A DNA stretch of 64,000 bases. It comes from Octopus vulgaris. Taxonomy: Eukaryota. Positions 38,981 through 52,660 of this stretch are shown piece after piece. The notes beneath the pieces are model-generated. The model had not been told where the DNA came from. It made no database searches and saw only the letters and a list, made by a program, of their open reading frames with translations. The number at the start of each line of letters is the position of its first letter. Position 1 is the stretch's first letter. A program made the position numbers and the translations under genes. The stretch lies in assembly GCA_951406725.2 (NCBI GenBank), contig OX597814.1:122636001-122700000 (forward strand). Reading direction: 5' to 3'.

Positions 38981-41815
38981 ATAAACTTAGATAAACTTAG
39001 ATAAACTTAGATATGTTTCGACCAAAGATTGGTCCAGGCCATGTCTAACTTAATAGCATCACCTGATAGGATTATTCGAATCCTGTTTAAGTCAAGTTTT
39101 GTTCAAGTAGTGATTTCTTGTTGGGTGAGTTGTATCCAGTTTTGTTCAAGTAGTGAGTTCTTGTTGGGTGAGTTGTATCCAATTATGGGTGGCTTATCTG
39201 GTATTCTTTGAAGGAATCTATCCAGACTCTGTTTAAAGTTGATGGGATCATTTTCCTCTTTGATCTCCCTCGGGACAATGTTAAATAGGGCAGGGCCTGT
39301 TGAGGAAAAGAAATTATGTTGCAGTGTACATGTATGTTGTGATCTTGAATTGGGCAGGGGACGTATAGCCCCTGGTCCAAGTCTTGGATGAACCTTGAAG
39401 CTAATCTTTAGGTCGTTTGGGCAAAGTTGGCGGTATATTTTCCACATCGTACAAATGATGTACCGCTCACGGCGACGCTGGAGGGAGTAAAGTTTCAAGG
39501 CTTTAAGGCGATCCCAATAATCGAGAGCAGCCATGCCTTCAATTTGTTTAGTGAGTGCCCTCTGGGGTGACTCAATTCTGGAGATGTTTTGTCTTGTGTG
39601 AGGAGACCACAGTGGGCAGCAGTGTTCAAGGTGTGGCCGTACAAAGGAGGAAAAAGTGGTATGATGTCACCTTGTTCTCTGGACTGGAAAGTTCTTAAGA
39701 TCCAAGAACTCATCCTACGAGCTATATCGACCTTCTTGTTGATGTGTGCACTCCAACTGAGATCGTCATCAACAATTACACCCAGGTCTCTGATATTGTT
39801 AGAGGCTGTGAGCGGTTCCCCTGAAGGAAGAGAGTATGGTTGTTTTAGTGAGGAATTTCTTCCAAAATGCATCAGCTCAAATTTTCCCTCATTCAGTTGC
39901 ATTTTGTTTCTGTCTGCCCATTGACTCACAGCATATAGATCAGACTGGAGTTGAGTTCGGTCTGCTTCTTCATTGACGATTTGATGGAGCTTAGTGTCAT
40001 CAGCAAATATTTTCACTTTGCAGTAATGTACGACACTGGAAAGGTCGTTTACGTAAATTATGAAGAGTAGCGGACCCAAAACAGTTCCCTGGGGAACACC
40101 GCTGGTGACTTTTGCTGGGTTTGAGTGGACTCCATCAACTACAACATGTTGTGTTCTATTCGCCAGGAAATACTTAATCCAGTGTAGAACTTTTCCACGG
40201 ATTCCAACGTTTGCCAATTTTGAGAGTAGGATGTTATGGTCTACCCTGTCGAACGCTTTACTGAAGTTAAGATATATGACGTCAGAGTTCGAACCTGTTC
40301 CCAAGGCTTTGAGTACATCTTCAATGTGGTGTAAGAGCTGTGTTAGACAGTCCCTGCCATAGCGAAAGCCATGCTGATTTGCATTTAGGAGTTTGTGGGT
40401 CTCCAGGAAGTCAGCTATCCTTGATCTTAATACTCTTTCAAACACTTTAATGATGTGGGAGGTGAGTGAGATTGGGCGATAGTTGACTGCGAGGGATCTG
40501 TTTCCATGTTTGAAAACCGGGATGACCGACTGGGATAGAAACTGTTTCGGTATATAACCTGCGTCTAACGAATTTCTCCAGAGGTTGGTCAGAGGGACTG
40601 CAAGTTGGTATCTACATTCCTTCAGGAGACTAGCGGGAAATCTATCAGGGCCTACAGCAGAGTAATGTTTGACCTCATTTATTGCTGCTACGATGTCGGT
40701 GGCAGTGAAGGTTATGTCTGAGATTTTGTGTTGGGAGTCAACTTCGTTCGTTTCCCTTACGTCAATATCAGTGGGGACACTAAAGACAGAGCAGTATTGT
40801 TTCTGCAGTATTTCTGCCATTTCTTTAGCATCGTATTGGGGAATGCCGTTATCATCAATCAATAGCCCAATGGGTGAGACAGTGGTTCTATGCTTATTTG
40901 CATAAGAATAGAACACTTTTGGGTTCTGTTTGATGTTTTTGATTACCCATTGTTCCTCCACAGCTCTTTGATTTTCAATGGAGGTTTTCATGTTGGTCTG
41001 CAGATGAAGTTTTTCCAGCTCTAGTCTTTTCATTGTTGTTGAATGTGGATGTTGTGTGTGGGAATATTTTAATTGGTTGATTTTTTTGTTGAGTCTTTTG
41101 ATGCGCCTGATAAGTGTTTTTATTCTTTTTAGGGAGCCGGTTTCTGTTTGTGTTAGTAGATTTCTTGGGAGCGTGTTTAGAGCATGTATAGGTGACAATG
41201 TTTTCAAAGTGCTGCCACGCGGTCTCAATATGAGAGGAATTGAGAGTAAAAGACCAGTTGATGGAAGACAGATCCTTTCTGATTGTTCCCCAGTCCGCTT
41301 TGTGGAAGTTTATGTTATCAAATGGGTGCCATGGAGTGGGATTGGCTGGTTTGGTTTTTGTATGTCGGGAATTAAGATTGCAGAGTACCATGTCGTGGTC
41401 TGAGAGGAGAGTTTTTTCGACTGAAATACTGTGAACGTAGCTAGAGTGATTGGTCAATACCAGATCCAAGATCGTTTTATTCTGTCTCGTTGGTTCAAGC
41501 ACTAGCTGAGTCAGGAAATACTCATCCATCAGATTAAAGAGCAGTTCTGCTGCTGCTCTATCTGATGTAGAGCACTTGCCTAACTTCAGAGTATTTGTGG
41601 GCCAGTTCACATGAGGGAGGTTAAAATCACCCATCACTAGTAAGTTTCCTGAGTGGTACTTCCGAAGGAAGGACTTAACTTTGCTAAGACACTCTTCAAA
41701 GTACTTTAGAGGTGCCTGGGGAGGCCTGTAAAGACCAACAATGGTTATGTCCTTGGCTTTGTTGTATAGTGATACCGATTCACAGTAGCCATTGGAAAAT
41801 ATGTCCTTGGCATCA
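38981..41815 (-). mobile_element. 5'-truncated CR1/L2-group LINE; ORF2 (APE C-half + RT) broken by two frameshifts
   Basis: YRPP, MGDFNLP, ILDLVLTN, SDH; NYRPISLTS, QHGFR, FSKAFD, GVPQGTVLGPLLF, FADD; LKLYSLQRRR. Frameshifts near 41130 and 39650; 3' tail (CTAAGTTTAT)x3. Confidence 0.93.
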
Positions 41816-42042
41816 ACACACACAAAAACTTGTGCATGTGTGCCTGATGGGTGTGTGTGCGTGTGCTTGCGTGTGTGCACGCGCATGTGTGTATATGAGT
41901 GTGTACAAGCTTGATTGATACATTGCCTATAGCCAATCTATCTTTTAGGTATCTACCATCACCTTGCATTTAAAGTTGGAATTTAGGAACAAATTCTACG
42001 TAAGTATTATATCACGGTGTTTGAATTATATATGTATTATAC

Positions 42043-42260
<218 letters not shown>

Positions 42261-42946
42261 TACGTAAATTCCGTCAGCAATCTCAGTGGAACAAATTAAA
42301 GTCAACATATTGGAAACAGTAAAGGAAGACAAGATGACCAAAAGATGCACCGTTAACACTCGGTCTTGACCTCTTCTTCAGTAAGTCCACGATGGAAATG
42401 TTAAGAAAGACTATTAAACATACGGCGACTTATAAATTCCTTGTTTCTATTATCAATAGGATAGCGAATACAAGCTGAGGTCAACTATCATATAACCTTG
42501 GTTCAACTGGAACAAGCCATTTACATCGTATGTAGCAGAAAAACTGAAAGAATATGTCTGCCGCGGAAAACGCAACCAAAGTTATCTACTCAAGTAGATT
42601 TAGTAAAGGGCATGGTTTGAAATTCGGCGATTGCTGTCTATTAAGAAAGTCACCCGAAACAGATCGTAAGATACATCGGTCGAAAGATTGTGACTATGGC
42701 AACCGGTAAGATGGCATATGACCAAATATGTAAATGTATAATATAATAATGATAATGCTTGGTCTTAGAAAAACAGGCAAACTATATATGTATAGATACA
42801 TTATATATATATGTATATATATATAAATATATGCACACACACAAAAAAATATGCGTATACTTGTATGTATATACATATATATGTATATATATGAATGTCT
42901 TACATATATGCGCACACATATAAACATATATACGTATACTTGTATG

Positions 42947-42998
<52 letters not shown>

Positions 42999-43091
42999 TG
43001 CCTTTTATTTATATATATATATATATAAAAGGCATTCATATATATACATATTTGTGTATGTGTGTATATATATATGCATACATATATATAT

Positions 43092-43153
<62 letters not shown>

Positions 43154-43383
43154 CACATATACACACGGTAACACGTACGGGTATGTACATATGAGAGGCA
43201 GTATGTAAGTATGTGTAGACGTTTGGTAATTTCCTTGGTAAATAACAGTAGGAAAGCATCAATCAAAACTGAACTTTGCCAGACATAACAGCAGAGATTG
43301 GAAGGCCGATTGTGTTTACATTTCTAGTTATATCAGTTATACAGGAGATTTTGTAACACAAATTTTTTCTCTTTTCCACCATA

Positions 43384-43432
<49 letters not shown>

Positions 43433-43495
43433 TGTAATAAATGTATATTTTATATATATTATATATTACATTACATTATATTAAATCTAGCTATC

Positions 43496-43532
<37 letters not shown>

Positions 43533-44001
43533 GAGCGTATATGTATATACACATATATGAACAGATATGATGTAATGTAATGTAATATATATTATACTAT
43601 ATAGATTTATTTATATGTGCATATACATATAAATATATATACATATATATATATATATATATGCGTATGGGTGTACGTATAACTGTGTGTGTCTGTATGC
43701 GTTTGGGTGTGTATGTACGTGTGTGTGTACGTGAGTGTGTGTGTGCGTGTGTGTGTAGGTATTTATGTATAAAACCACGCGCTTCTTCTCTTCTACAATT
43801 TTTAGTTATTGAAATGCGGCCAGGCTGTGACACCGACTTGAAGTGCAGACCAAATCAACCTCAGCACCCATTTCAATCTGATACTGGCTTTATTGACCCG
43901 TGTTTGCCGAACCGACGAATTACGATGGCTTAAACAAACCAACACCCGTTTCCAAATGGTGAGAACAATATACAAAAATAAAGACACACATACATATGCA
44001 C

Positions 44002-44084
<83 letters not shown>

Positions 44085-44209
44085 TATGAAGACGACGGGC
44101 TTCTGTACAATTTCAGGCAATCAAATTCGCTGACAAGGTATTTGTCGGCTGGCACCTAAACAAACAAACACTGCCCAAGGTACCGTGTGATGATTTTGAA
44201 AATGAAACC

Positions 44210-44695
44210 CCGTTTCAGCTGGTTGTCGCCATCGCAGGAAGGGCCAGAGTCGATGAGCCAGTGGTATTAATGCTGTTCCATTTAAACTGTTACAGTTTAA
44301 CACTACTCCAGGATAAACATGAACAGGGAGATTTCACGCAACCGATGTTCTGAGGAGGGTTGGACGGCCTTAGTTATAAGTACAGGAAGAGTAGATAGGT
44401 GCACAAATACTGCCTTGACGTAGAGAAACAAATGGGACGATGGAGGAGCGGCTGAGCCTGGATGGGGGAGATACAAGATTAGTCAGCTCCGAGGAGCAAA
44501 TGCTATTTTGCTAACAGCAAAATAATCAGAAAGAGAAACAGCATCCTTGTGAGCCAGACACTGGAATGCGGTCTTTGGTGATAGAGAACCAATCAGCCAA
44601 GTCCCCCTACTCTTGATGCGGTCCACGATGGCAGTGTGTACAGCAAAAGTACAGTCCTAATGGTGAAGCAGTAATTTTCTGAAACCTTCACTAGA
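44210..44695 (-). mobile_element. Old CR1/L2-like LINE 3' fragment, interrupted by a SINE
   Basis: Minus translations HTAIVDRIKSRG, CSSELTNLVSPPSRLSRSS; upstream part at 45140-45245 (RKHMLSISRTSQRLAHLF-like). Confidence 0.55.
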
Positions 44696-44697
44696 GT

Positions 44698-44858
44698 CAC
44701 AGGAGTGGCTGTGTGGTAAGTAGCTTGCTTACCAACCACATGGTTCCGGGCTCATTCCTACTGCGTGGCACCTTGGGCAAGTGTCTTCTACTATAGCCTC
44801 GGGTCAACCAAAGCCTTGTGAGTAGATTTCCTAGATGGAAACTGAATGAAGCCTGTCG

Positions 44859-44919
<61 letters not shown>

Positions 44920-45135
44920 ACATGTATATATGTTTTTGTGTCTGTGTTTGTCCCCCAACATCGTTTGACAACCGATGGTGGTGTGTTTACGTCCCTGTAA
45001 CTTAGCGGTTCGGCAAAAGAGACCGTTAGAATAAGTACTAGGCTTCCAAAGAATAAGTCCTGGAGTCGATTTGCGCTCGATTATAGGCGGTGCTCTACAT
45101 GGCCACAGTCAAATGACTGAAACAAGTAAAAGACA
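44698..45135 (+). mobile_element. SINE family A, full length
   Basis: As 8890-9290. Confidence 0.9.
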
Positions 45136-45291
45136 AACAAAAGTATCAGAGTTGTTGGGGTAGTGAAAGAGATGAGCCAGTCTTTGAGATGTCCTAGATA
45201 TGCTAAGCATATGCTTTCGGAAGAGAAGGCATTTTCTTGACATTTGTAGTGAGTAGATTTCCTAGATGGAAACTGAATGAAGACTGTCGTA

Positions 45292-45360
<69 letters not shown>

Positions 45361-45689
45361 ACATGTATATATGTTTTTGTGTCTGTGTTTGTCCCCCAAC
45401 ATCGCTTGACAACCGATGGTGGTGTGTTTACGTCCCTGTAACTTAGCGGTTCGGCAAAATAGACCGTTAGAATAAGTACTAGGCTTCCAAAGAATAAGTC
45501 CTGGAGTCGATTTGCGCTCGATTATAGGCGGTGCTCTACATGGCCACAGTCAAATGACTGAAACAAGTAAAAGACAAACAAAAGTATCAGAGTTGTTGGG
45601 GTAGTGAAAGAGATGAGCCAGTCTTTGAGATGTCCTAGATATGCTAAGCATATGCTTTCGGAAGAGAAGGCATTTTCTTGACATTTGTA
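44818..45689. repeat. Tandem duplication of about 435 bp (44818-45248 / 45249-45689)
   Basis: SINE 3' part plus flank repeated head to tail; GTG microhomology at the junction. Confidence 0.93.
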
Positions 45690-47274
45690 GTGCTTCAGCA
45701 AATTAGTGTCATAATTTTTATGTAAAAATAGAAAACCTCTGATGAGCTGGTAATGAATGAAGAAACTAATCAATTTCGTTTTTTACTCTGTTCTTCAGAG
45801 ACAGAACTGTGAGTAGGAAAGAACGTCTATTTGTACAATGAGACTAATTTTTGCTAATTAAGGTTCCGCACACGACACACACACACACAAATGAATATAT
45901 GTTGTGTGTAAGTGTGTGTATGTGTGTGTACGAGTGTGTGGGTGCATGCGTGTTCATGTGTGTGTGTGTATGTGTGTGTGCGTACCTAGATTGTATGGTT
46001 AAGATAGTCTCTTCGCAAACAAGTAGTGTGTGTTCGGTCCCATTTCGCGGCACTTAGACCTATTGATTAATTAGAAGACTAGTGAAGCATTTGAATCGAC
46101 TTGCTCAAACTAAACTTTTCAAGGTGGTACCCCAGCATGGCCGCAATCCTAAAACGGAAGCAAGAAAATGAAGTAGATTTTTTTATATTTCTTCATGTGT
46201 GTATGAGAATGTGTTTGCATGCGTGTGTGTGTGTGTGTGTATGTGTTTCTGTGTGTAAAACGTGGTTTCATTTTAGTTTTTATGTTTTATATTTCTTCTT
46301 TAATAACTTCTCTCGAGTTGTTAGCAGTTAGTTTGAAACAGTAAAGTTCCCAAATTTATTGCCTATCTTTCTAAACTTTAGTCTAATATATTAATGGCGT
46401 TTACTTCATAATTTAGTTTAATGCATTTGGTGTTCTGTTTTATGAGATTTTTCTGATAATGTGTTTGGGTTTTTTATTACGCGTTTCATTTATATTGAAT
46501 TTTTATCGTGACCGCCATATTTATACGTGACAGATATATACGTGTGAGTATGTTTCAGTGTGTGTGTGTGTTTACAAAGTGGGGGGATGATATATAATAT
46601 GCCATTTGTAATAAACACTTCGAGATGGTGAGACCAATTAGTCAAGCAGCAATTTTCTCCTCTCCCTTCTCCTCGTATCCCCTCTATTCTACACATTTCT
46701 TCTGTCAGATTCATTTAAAGCCAACTTTGTGACTCAACCGATGACTTGGCAATGATCCATTGTCCTTAGAATACACAACAGATTCTTCGATATTCTCTTG
46801 GTCTCCCAAAGGAAGTATAATCATATTTCATTGTAATATGGGTAACGTAGGACAGCTTCTGAGATGGAAGATATATATATATTTGGCTCAGCTGCTTCTC
46901 TTACGTTTCAGCTTACTTAAATCGACTAGTTTTGCATGAAACTGAGGGAGAAGGAGTTGGTGAGGTGGGGGTCTGCTGTCTCACTTATTTCCATCTCTAG
47001 AAATTTCTTCCGGCAACTGTAGAATTCTGCAGACTTCAGAATTTCGAGTTGCAGACTTCAGAATTTCAAACACACACACACACACCCATTTTTATTCCAC
47101 TTACACAAACACACATTCTCACTCATTCTCTCTCTCACTCTCACTCTCTCTCTCTCTCTATCTATCTATCTCTCCCTATATATCTATCTTTTTATCTGTC
47201 CATCTACCACACACACACATAAACTTCTACCCTTTTCTCTTTTTTTCTCTCTATCTCTCATTCACTCTCACTCA

Positions 47275-47555
47275 AACACACACACATACATACACACAAT
47301 CACATACACAGACACATACATACACACAATCACATACACACACACATACATACACACAATCACATACACACACTCATACATACACAATCACATACACACA
47401 CACATACATACACACAATCCCATACACACACACATACATACACAATCACATACACACACATACATACACACACATACATACACATAATCACATACACACA
47501 CACATACACAATCACATACACTCACACACATACATACACACAATCACACACACGC
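47275..47555. repeat. CA-rich minisatellite of about 30 bp (cacacatacatacacacaatcacatacaca)
   Basis: Direct inspection. Confidence 0.85.
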
Positions 47556-48274
47556 GCGCATTTCTCAATGCCAACCCATCCTTCCCGTCCACACACTCGT
47601 TGTTTCCTTCCTGCTTGCTTGAGTCTTTGCGTCTTCATAATAAAAAAAAAACGGAGGAAATCAGTAATGCAGAAATAAACTTCCCACTGAAATATGGAGG
47701 AAAGATAGAAAAAAATATAATTGATATGGAGAAGAAGAAAAAAATATAAGATAAAGGAAATAGTTATTTTAACGATACACATTTTTCTTAAATACACTCC
47801 TTGTTTGACTTTGTTTATTTCTAATTTTTGTCTTATTTTGTGGGGGGGTTCTTTTTATGTTATCTTTCGTAAAAAGAAAAAAAAATTGCTTCCTGGAATC
47901 GATCTTTGTCATTTTAATTATCTTAGTTGTCGTTTAATCATTAAACTCTTTATTTATTATTTTTTTCTCTTATATATTTTATGTATTTTTTTTTTTACTA
48001 AATTTGTCTTTTCTGTTTTTTGCTAATTTTGACCTCTCCCATTAAGGTTCCTCGCTTATTGGTTAAATCGACTGTTTAGCTTGTGAGATCATTTAATCTC
48101 TCATTAAGCCTATTACCACGGTAATACACGGCAATCTAGCACCTCCCCCCTTCACTCTTACAGAGAATTGGAGCATATCTCTTAATAGGAGTGAACTTAT
48201 TCCTTGGCACACAACATAAACACACGCAAGCGCATATTCATATACATACATACATACATACATACATACATACA

Positions 48275-48305
<31 letters not shown>

Positions 48306-48792
48306 TGTATATTTTTACACTACAAATCATCACATCTAGAATTATAAAATTTGTAAGATCTCAAGATTTAAAGGATGTTGAACAACACAAGATGCTACCA
48401 AGCAGGTGGCCGGTTATAATTTATTCTAAATTAAGAAGAGAATGAGTAGAATTTTCGTACTACATACATCCATGCATATATACATACATATATGCATGCA
48501 TATACATACATACATGCATGCAAATTATATTGTATTGCATTATATCATAACATACATTATAGAGTATGTTATATGATGTTATATTATATCATATTACAAT
48601 ATATTATATTCAGACATGTACGCGAAGACTTACATATATACACCCTCACAAAACACGGAGATACATTTCCATTCATAATGGAGGAAACCTTCTATGTTTG
48701 GTCATTTGACTTGCAAGAAGAAGCAGCTAAATAGCCATCGTCTCACAACCTGCTATTTTATTAAAGAAAAGAAAGCATTTTATAATCTATAG

Positions 48793-49240
48793 CAGTGTTT
48801 CTCAACCAGTTTGGTTTTTTTTACATATGGACCCCTTTTATTCTTATTTTACTCGGATGGACCCTCTTGACCATTCGATGTTTAAAAAACCCTATTATAC
48901 TTTTAGAATTGGATATCATTAAGAAGGCAGCGAGCTGGTAGAATCGTTAACTCGCCGGGCTAAATGCTTAGTGGTGTTTCGTCTGTCTTCTCGTTCTAAG
49001 TTCAAATACTGCCGAGGTCGACTTTGCCTTTCATCCCTTCGGATGTAACCGACTAGTCCCCTCCTTCAAAATTTTGAGACCTTGTGCCTATGACAGAAAG
49101 GATGATTAAATATCATTAGGAACTGTATTTAAAAATATTACAATATATTCAAGTATAACCAATATGCGGCAGATAGATTTTAATAAAGAAATCTCCTCTG
49201 GGCCTCCAAGGGTCATGTGGACCCCGGTTGAGAGCTACTG
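48793..49240. mobile_element. hAT/Charlie-like MITE with nested family B-related SINE (48923-49105)
   Basis: TIRs cagtgtttctcaacc / ggttgagagctactg; decayed 8-bp TSD atctatag/atcaacaa; the SINE is flanked by atatcatta(a/g)gaa. Confidence 0.7.
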
Positions 49241-49719
49241 ATCAACAACTTGAAAATCTAGAATGCTTTTCATTGTTGGTCTGCTCGATCAATGCTGAAT
49301 AGGAACTAAGCTGCAGCAAAGGGCCAAGTAGAAATAGCAGTCAAAGCGCACGCGTACCAAGGCCTGTTGCATTAAAAAATAGAAAGGTACACTGGATAAT
49401 GTACTCTTACATACACAGTGTAGTGTCACAGTCTTTGATCATATCTATATGTGCGCAAACTCATGCCAGTACACACAGAGCACTCACATATTCAGCATTA
49501 CATATTTACATGTGACGTCGTTGTAGATCTCGTAGATGAGACGAGATGATATACTAAAACGTACCTGAAATACAATGGCCATTATCCCCATATGCTTCAA
49601 CTCATAGCATCGTTATACTTACATTTACCCGATAAGACACGTGACGTAGGATACAAAACAGAAGCATCCATAACTAAAAAAATTGTTTTTAATTTCATCC
49701 AGGCTGCCCGGGTTCGATG

Positions 49720-50085
49720 CCCTGGCTGCGTGGTAAGACGGTTACTTTTTTCCAGCCACATGGTTCCAGGTTCAGTGACACCTACGTCAAGTGTCTACTG
49801 CAATATCCACGGGCGGACCAAAGCCTTCTGAGTGGATGTGGTAAACGGAAAATAAAAGACGCCCGTCGTATGAGCTGGAGGTGCCTTTAGTTTTGTGTTT
49901 GTCCTCAACCACCGCTTGTGGTTTATTTGCATCCCTGTAACTTAGCTGTTTGACAAAAGATAACCGATAAAATTAGCACCAGGTTTAAAAGATAAGCAGT
50001 GGGGTAGATTCGTTCGACTAAACTCTTTAGACGCTGCCCCAGCATGGCGGCAGTACAATCACTGAAACAAGACGTAGACAAAAGA
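49720..50085 (+). mobile_element. Diverged SINE family A-like copy
   Basis: tggctgcgtggtaag…gaccaaagcc…ccctgtaacttagc…cagcatggcggcag. Confidence 0.75.
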
Positions 50086-50819
50086 GAAAAGATATGTATA
50101 AGTGTATATATAGTAGTTCCTTTGTGTACAATCAGAGCACGACTGCTGTAAGCATTTGCTAACTGTGGACATAATGTAATAAATTGTTCCTCTGAAGAAC
50201 CGTTGTGGATCTGCGTCTAAATATACTAGGAACACCCACTGCAGTGGATGCAAACAGATACAATGGCCCGTATGTGTGTGTGTACAAATGATTTTTGTTC
50301 TGTTTATAATTGGAAACATGTCTTTGCTGTTCGTGTCTCATACTTTTTATTTCTGTTTTCATATTTTTTCATTAGTTCTTTACATTTCCTTTAGAGAATT
50401 GTTCTGTTCTTTACACATAGAACAATGCTTCTTTTATTCCGTAGGTTTCTTTCAGAAGTTCGTCAGTTGTGGTGGGGAAATCTACACGCTAATCTGAGTA
50501 AGGATTTCACAACTGTTATTGTAAACTTTTATATACATTCGCTATTTTCATGGATCTATAGAAATGTATTAGTTATTTAAATGTATAGCTATAAGTGTTT
50601 AAATTCTCATTCTTATATTTTAAATCGTCAATAACGGTCTTACAAACAAATAAACCAGGCTAAAAGAAAACAATACAAAAGCAATTTCAACACAACAGAT
50701 AAAACAGACGTAACGCATAACAGAAAAAAAAAATCAGATCATATAGAACATGTACCAAATGCACTCCAGCTGTAGCATAGATGAACACGTTATCAACAAA
50801 TAGTTGAAACAAAGCATAA

Positions 50820-51120
50820 CATGTAGTACATCTAATCATAAAGTTACAGTAATAAAATATTACAAGGAAACTAAAATTATAAATCATCTCATCAACAACA
50901 AACTACAAGCCTCCAAGCCGCTGAGCAAAACATCAAATGACTAATGTAATTTACAACTTTGCATGCAAACATAAAAAGTTGTAAATTCATGACTATCGGC
51001 AGCTGACCATGTATATACAAGAATATGCCGTTACAGAACATTAATATTAGGCAACACAAAACAAAAGTAGAACTAGTCAGAAAAGCGTTCGTTGATGTTG
51101 ATAACAAATCTATCACTGAA
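50820..51120 (-). pseudogene. Decayed iGluR/IR-like M1-M2-M3 segment
   Basis: FVLCCLILMFCNGIFLYIHGQLP (M1); RLVVCC** then, after a 1-nt shift, xxFIILVSL*, which aligns residue for residue with iGluR RIVGGVWWFFTLIIISSY (TGA TGA at the WW positions). Confidence 0.6.
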
Positions 51121-51354
51121 AAGAATCTACGAGATTAATCGTGGAAGATAGCGAAATACAGTGAAAATGAAATAAAATTTAACATTGAGATATCGCCTTT
51201 GTAACAAACTATTGGTTGAAAGAGTGTGGTTTTAGCTGTCGAATTGGCTCCTATTTAGTAATATCAGGGACACGAGATCAATGCTATAGATTTTCATTTT
51301 TTTTTTTTTTTTTCGTACAATAAAAAAGCAGAAACCATCACAACTAACAAATGT

Positions 51355-51738
51355 TCTTTTCTACTCTAAGCAACAGGCCCGAAATCTTTTGATTGAATCG
51401 ACCCCGGTACACAACTGGTATTTAATTTATCGACCCCAAAAGGATGAAAGGCAAAGTCGGCCTCAGCGGAATTTGAACTCACAACTTAAAGACAGGCGAA
51501 ATACCTATTTCTTTACTACCCACAAGGGGCTAAACACAGAGGAGACAAACAAGGACAGACAAACGGATTAAGTCGATTATATCAACCCCATTGTGTAAAT
51601 GGTACTTAATTTATCGACCCCGAAAGGATGAAAGGCAAAGTCGACCTCGGCAGATTTTGAACTCAGAACGTAACGGCGGACGAAATACGACTACCCATTT
51701 CGCCCGGCGTGCTAACGCTTCTGCCAGCTCGCCGCCTT
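51355..51738 (-). mobile_element. Dimeric family B SINE
   Basis: 15-bp TSD acaactaacaaatgt at 51340-51354 and 51739-51753 brackets two internal units. Confidence 0.88.
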
Positions 51739-52002
51739 ACAACTAACAAATGTCGTTTGCTCAAAACTGACCCGGGACTACACAGCGAAACAGCAAAATC
51801 AAAGTAGAGAAATATCCATCAAGAGATTCGAAATATGGCTGCTCGACCTGCTAAAATTAGCTACCAAGTCACCTTCAAGATAATGGACACTCGTCTTTAC
51901 AAAAAGAAAATGTTAAATAGATTATGATGTCCAGGATATCCCAAAACTGACAGGATGGTCACAGCTGGAATGAACTTCTTTATACATTAATTTATAAGTC
52001 AA

Positions 52003-52367
52003 CCCGGCGTGCTAATGTTGCTTAGCGGTATTTCGTCTGCCGTTACGTTCTGAGATCAAATTCCGCCGGGGGTCGATAAATTAAGTACCAGTTACGCACT
52101 GGGGTCGATGTAATCGACGTAATCCGTGTGTCTGTCCTTGTTTGTCCTCTCTGTGTTTAGCCCCTTGTGGGTAGTAAAGAAATAGGTATTTCGTCTGCCG
52201 TTACGTTTTGAGTTCAAATTCCGCCGAGGTTGACTTTGCCTTTCATCCCTTCGGGGTCGATAAATTAAGTACCAGTTACGCACTGGGGTAGATGTAATCG
52301 ACTTAATCCTTTTATCTGTCCTTGTTTGTCCCCTCTATGTTTACCCCTTGTGGGCAATAAAGAAAAA
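52003..52367 (+). mobile_element. Dimeric family B SINE, 5'-truncated
   Basis: Two units joined at aaagaaatag|gtatttcg. Confidence 0.85.
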
Positions 52368-52660
52368 ATATTTATTTAGCTAAGGAGACAACCATGATCG
52401 GTCTGCTAAAAATGACAGCGCAAATTATTCAAATCACATCTTGGATTAGTGGTGCCCAGACTAACAAATAGCAACCCCCACACCGCCCCACAAATTCCTA
52501 AGTAAATATTGTACTGCCTCACTTCTCTGTTATCGAGATGAAAAAATTACATTTGCATTCAAATCGGTATTTTTCGCCATGGGGCTCAAAAAGTTTTAAA
52601 AGTTTAAAAGGATGTAATTTTGGTTCTATATTTAAGAGATGAGGAATCATGTACACTGTT

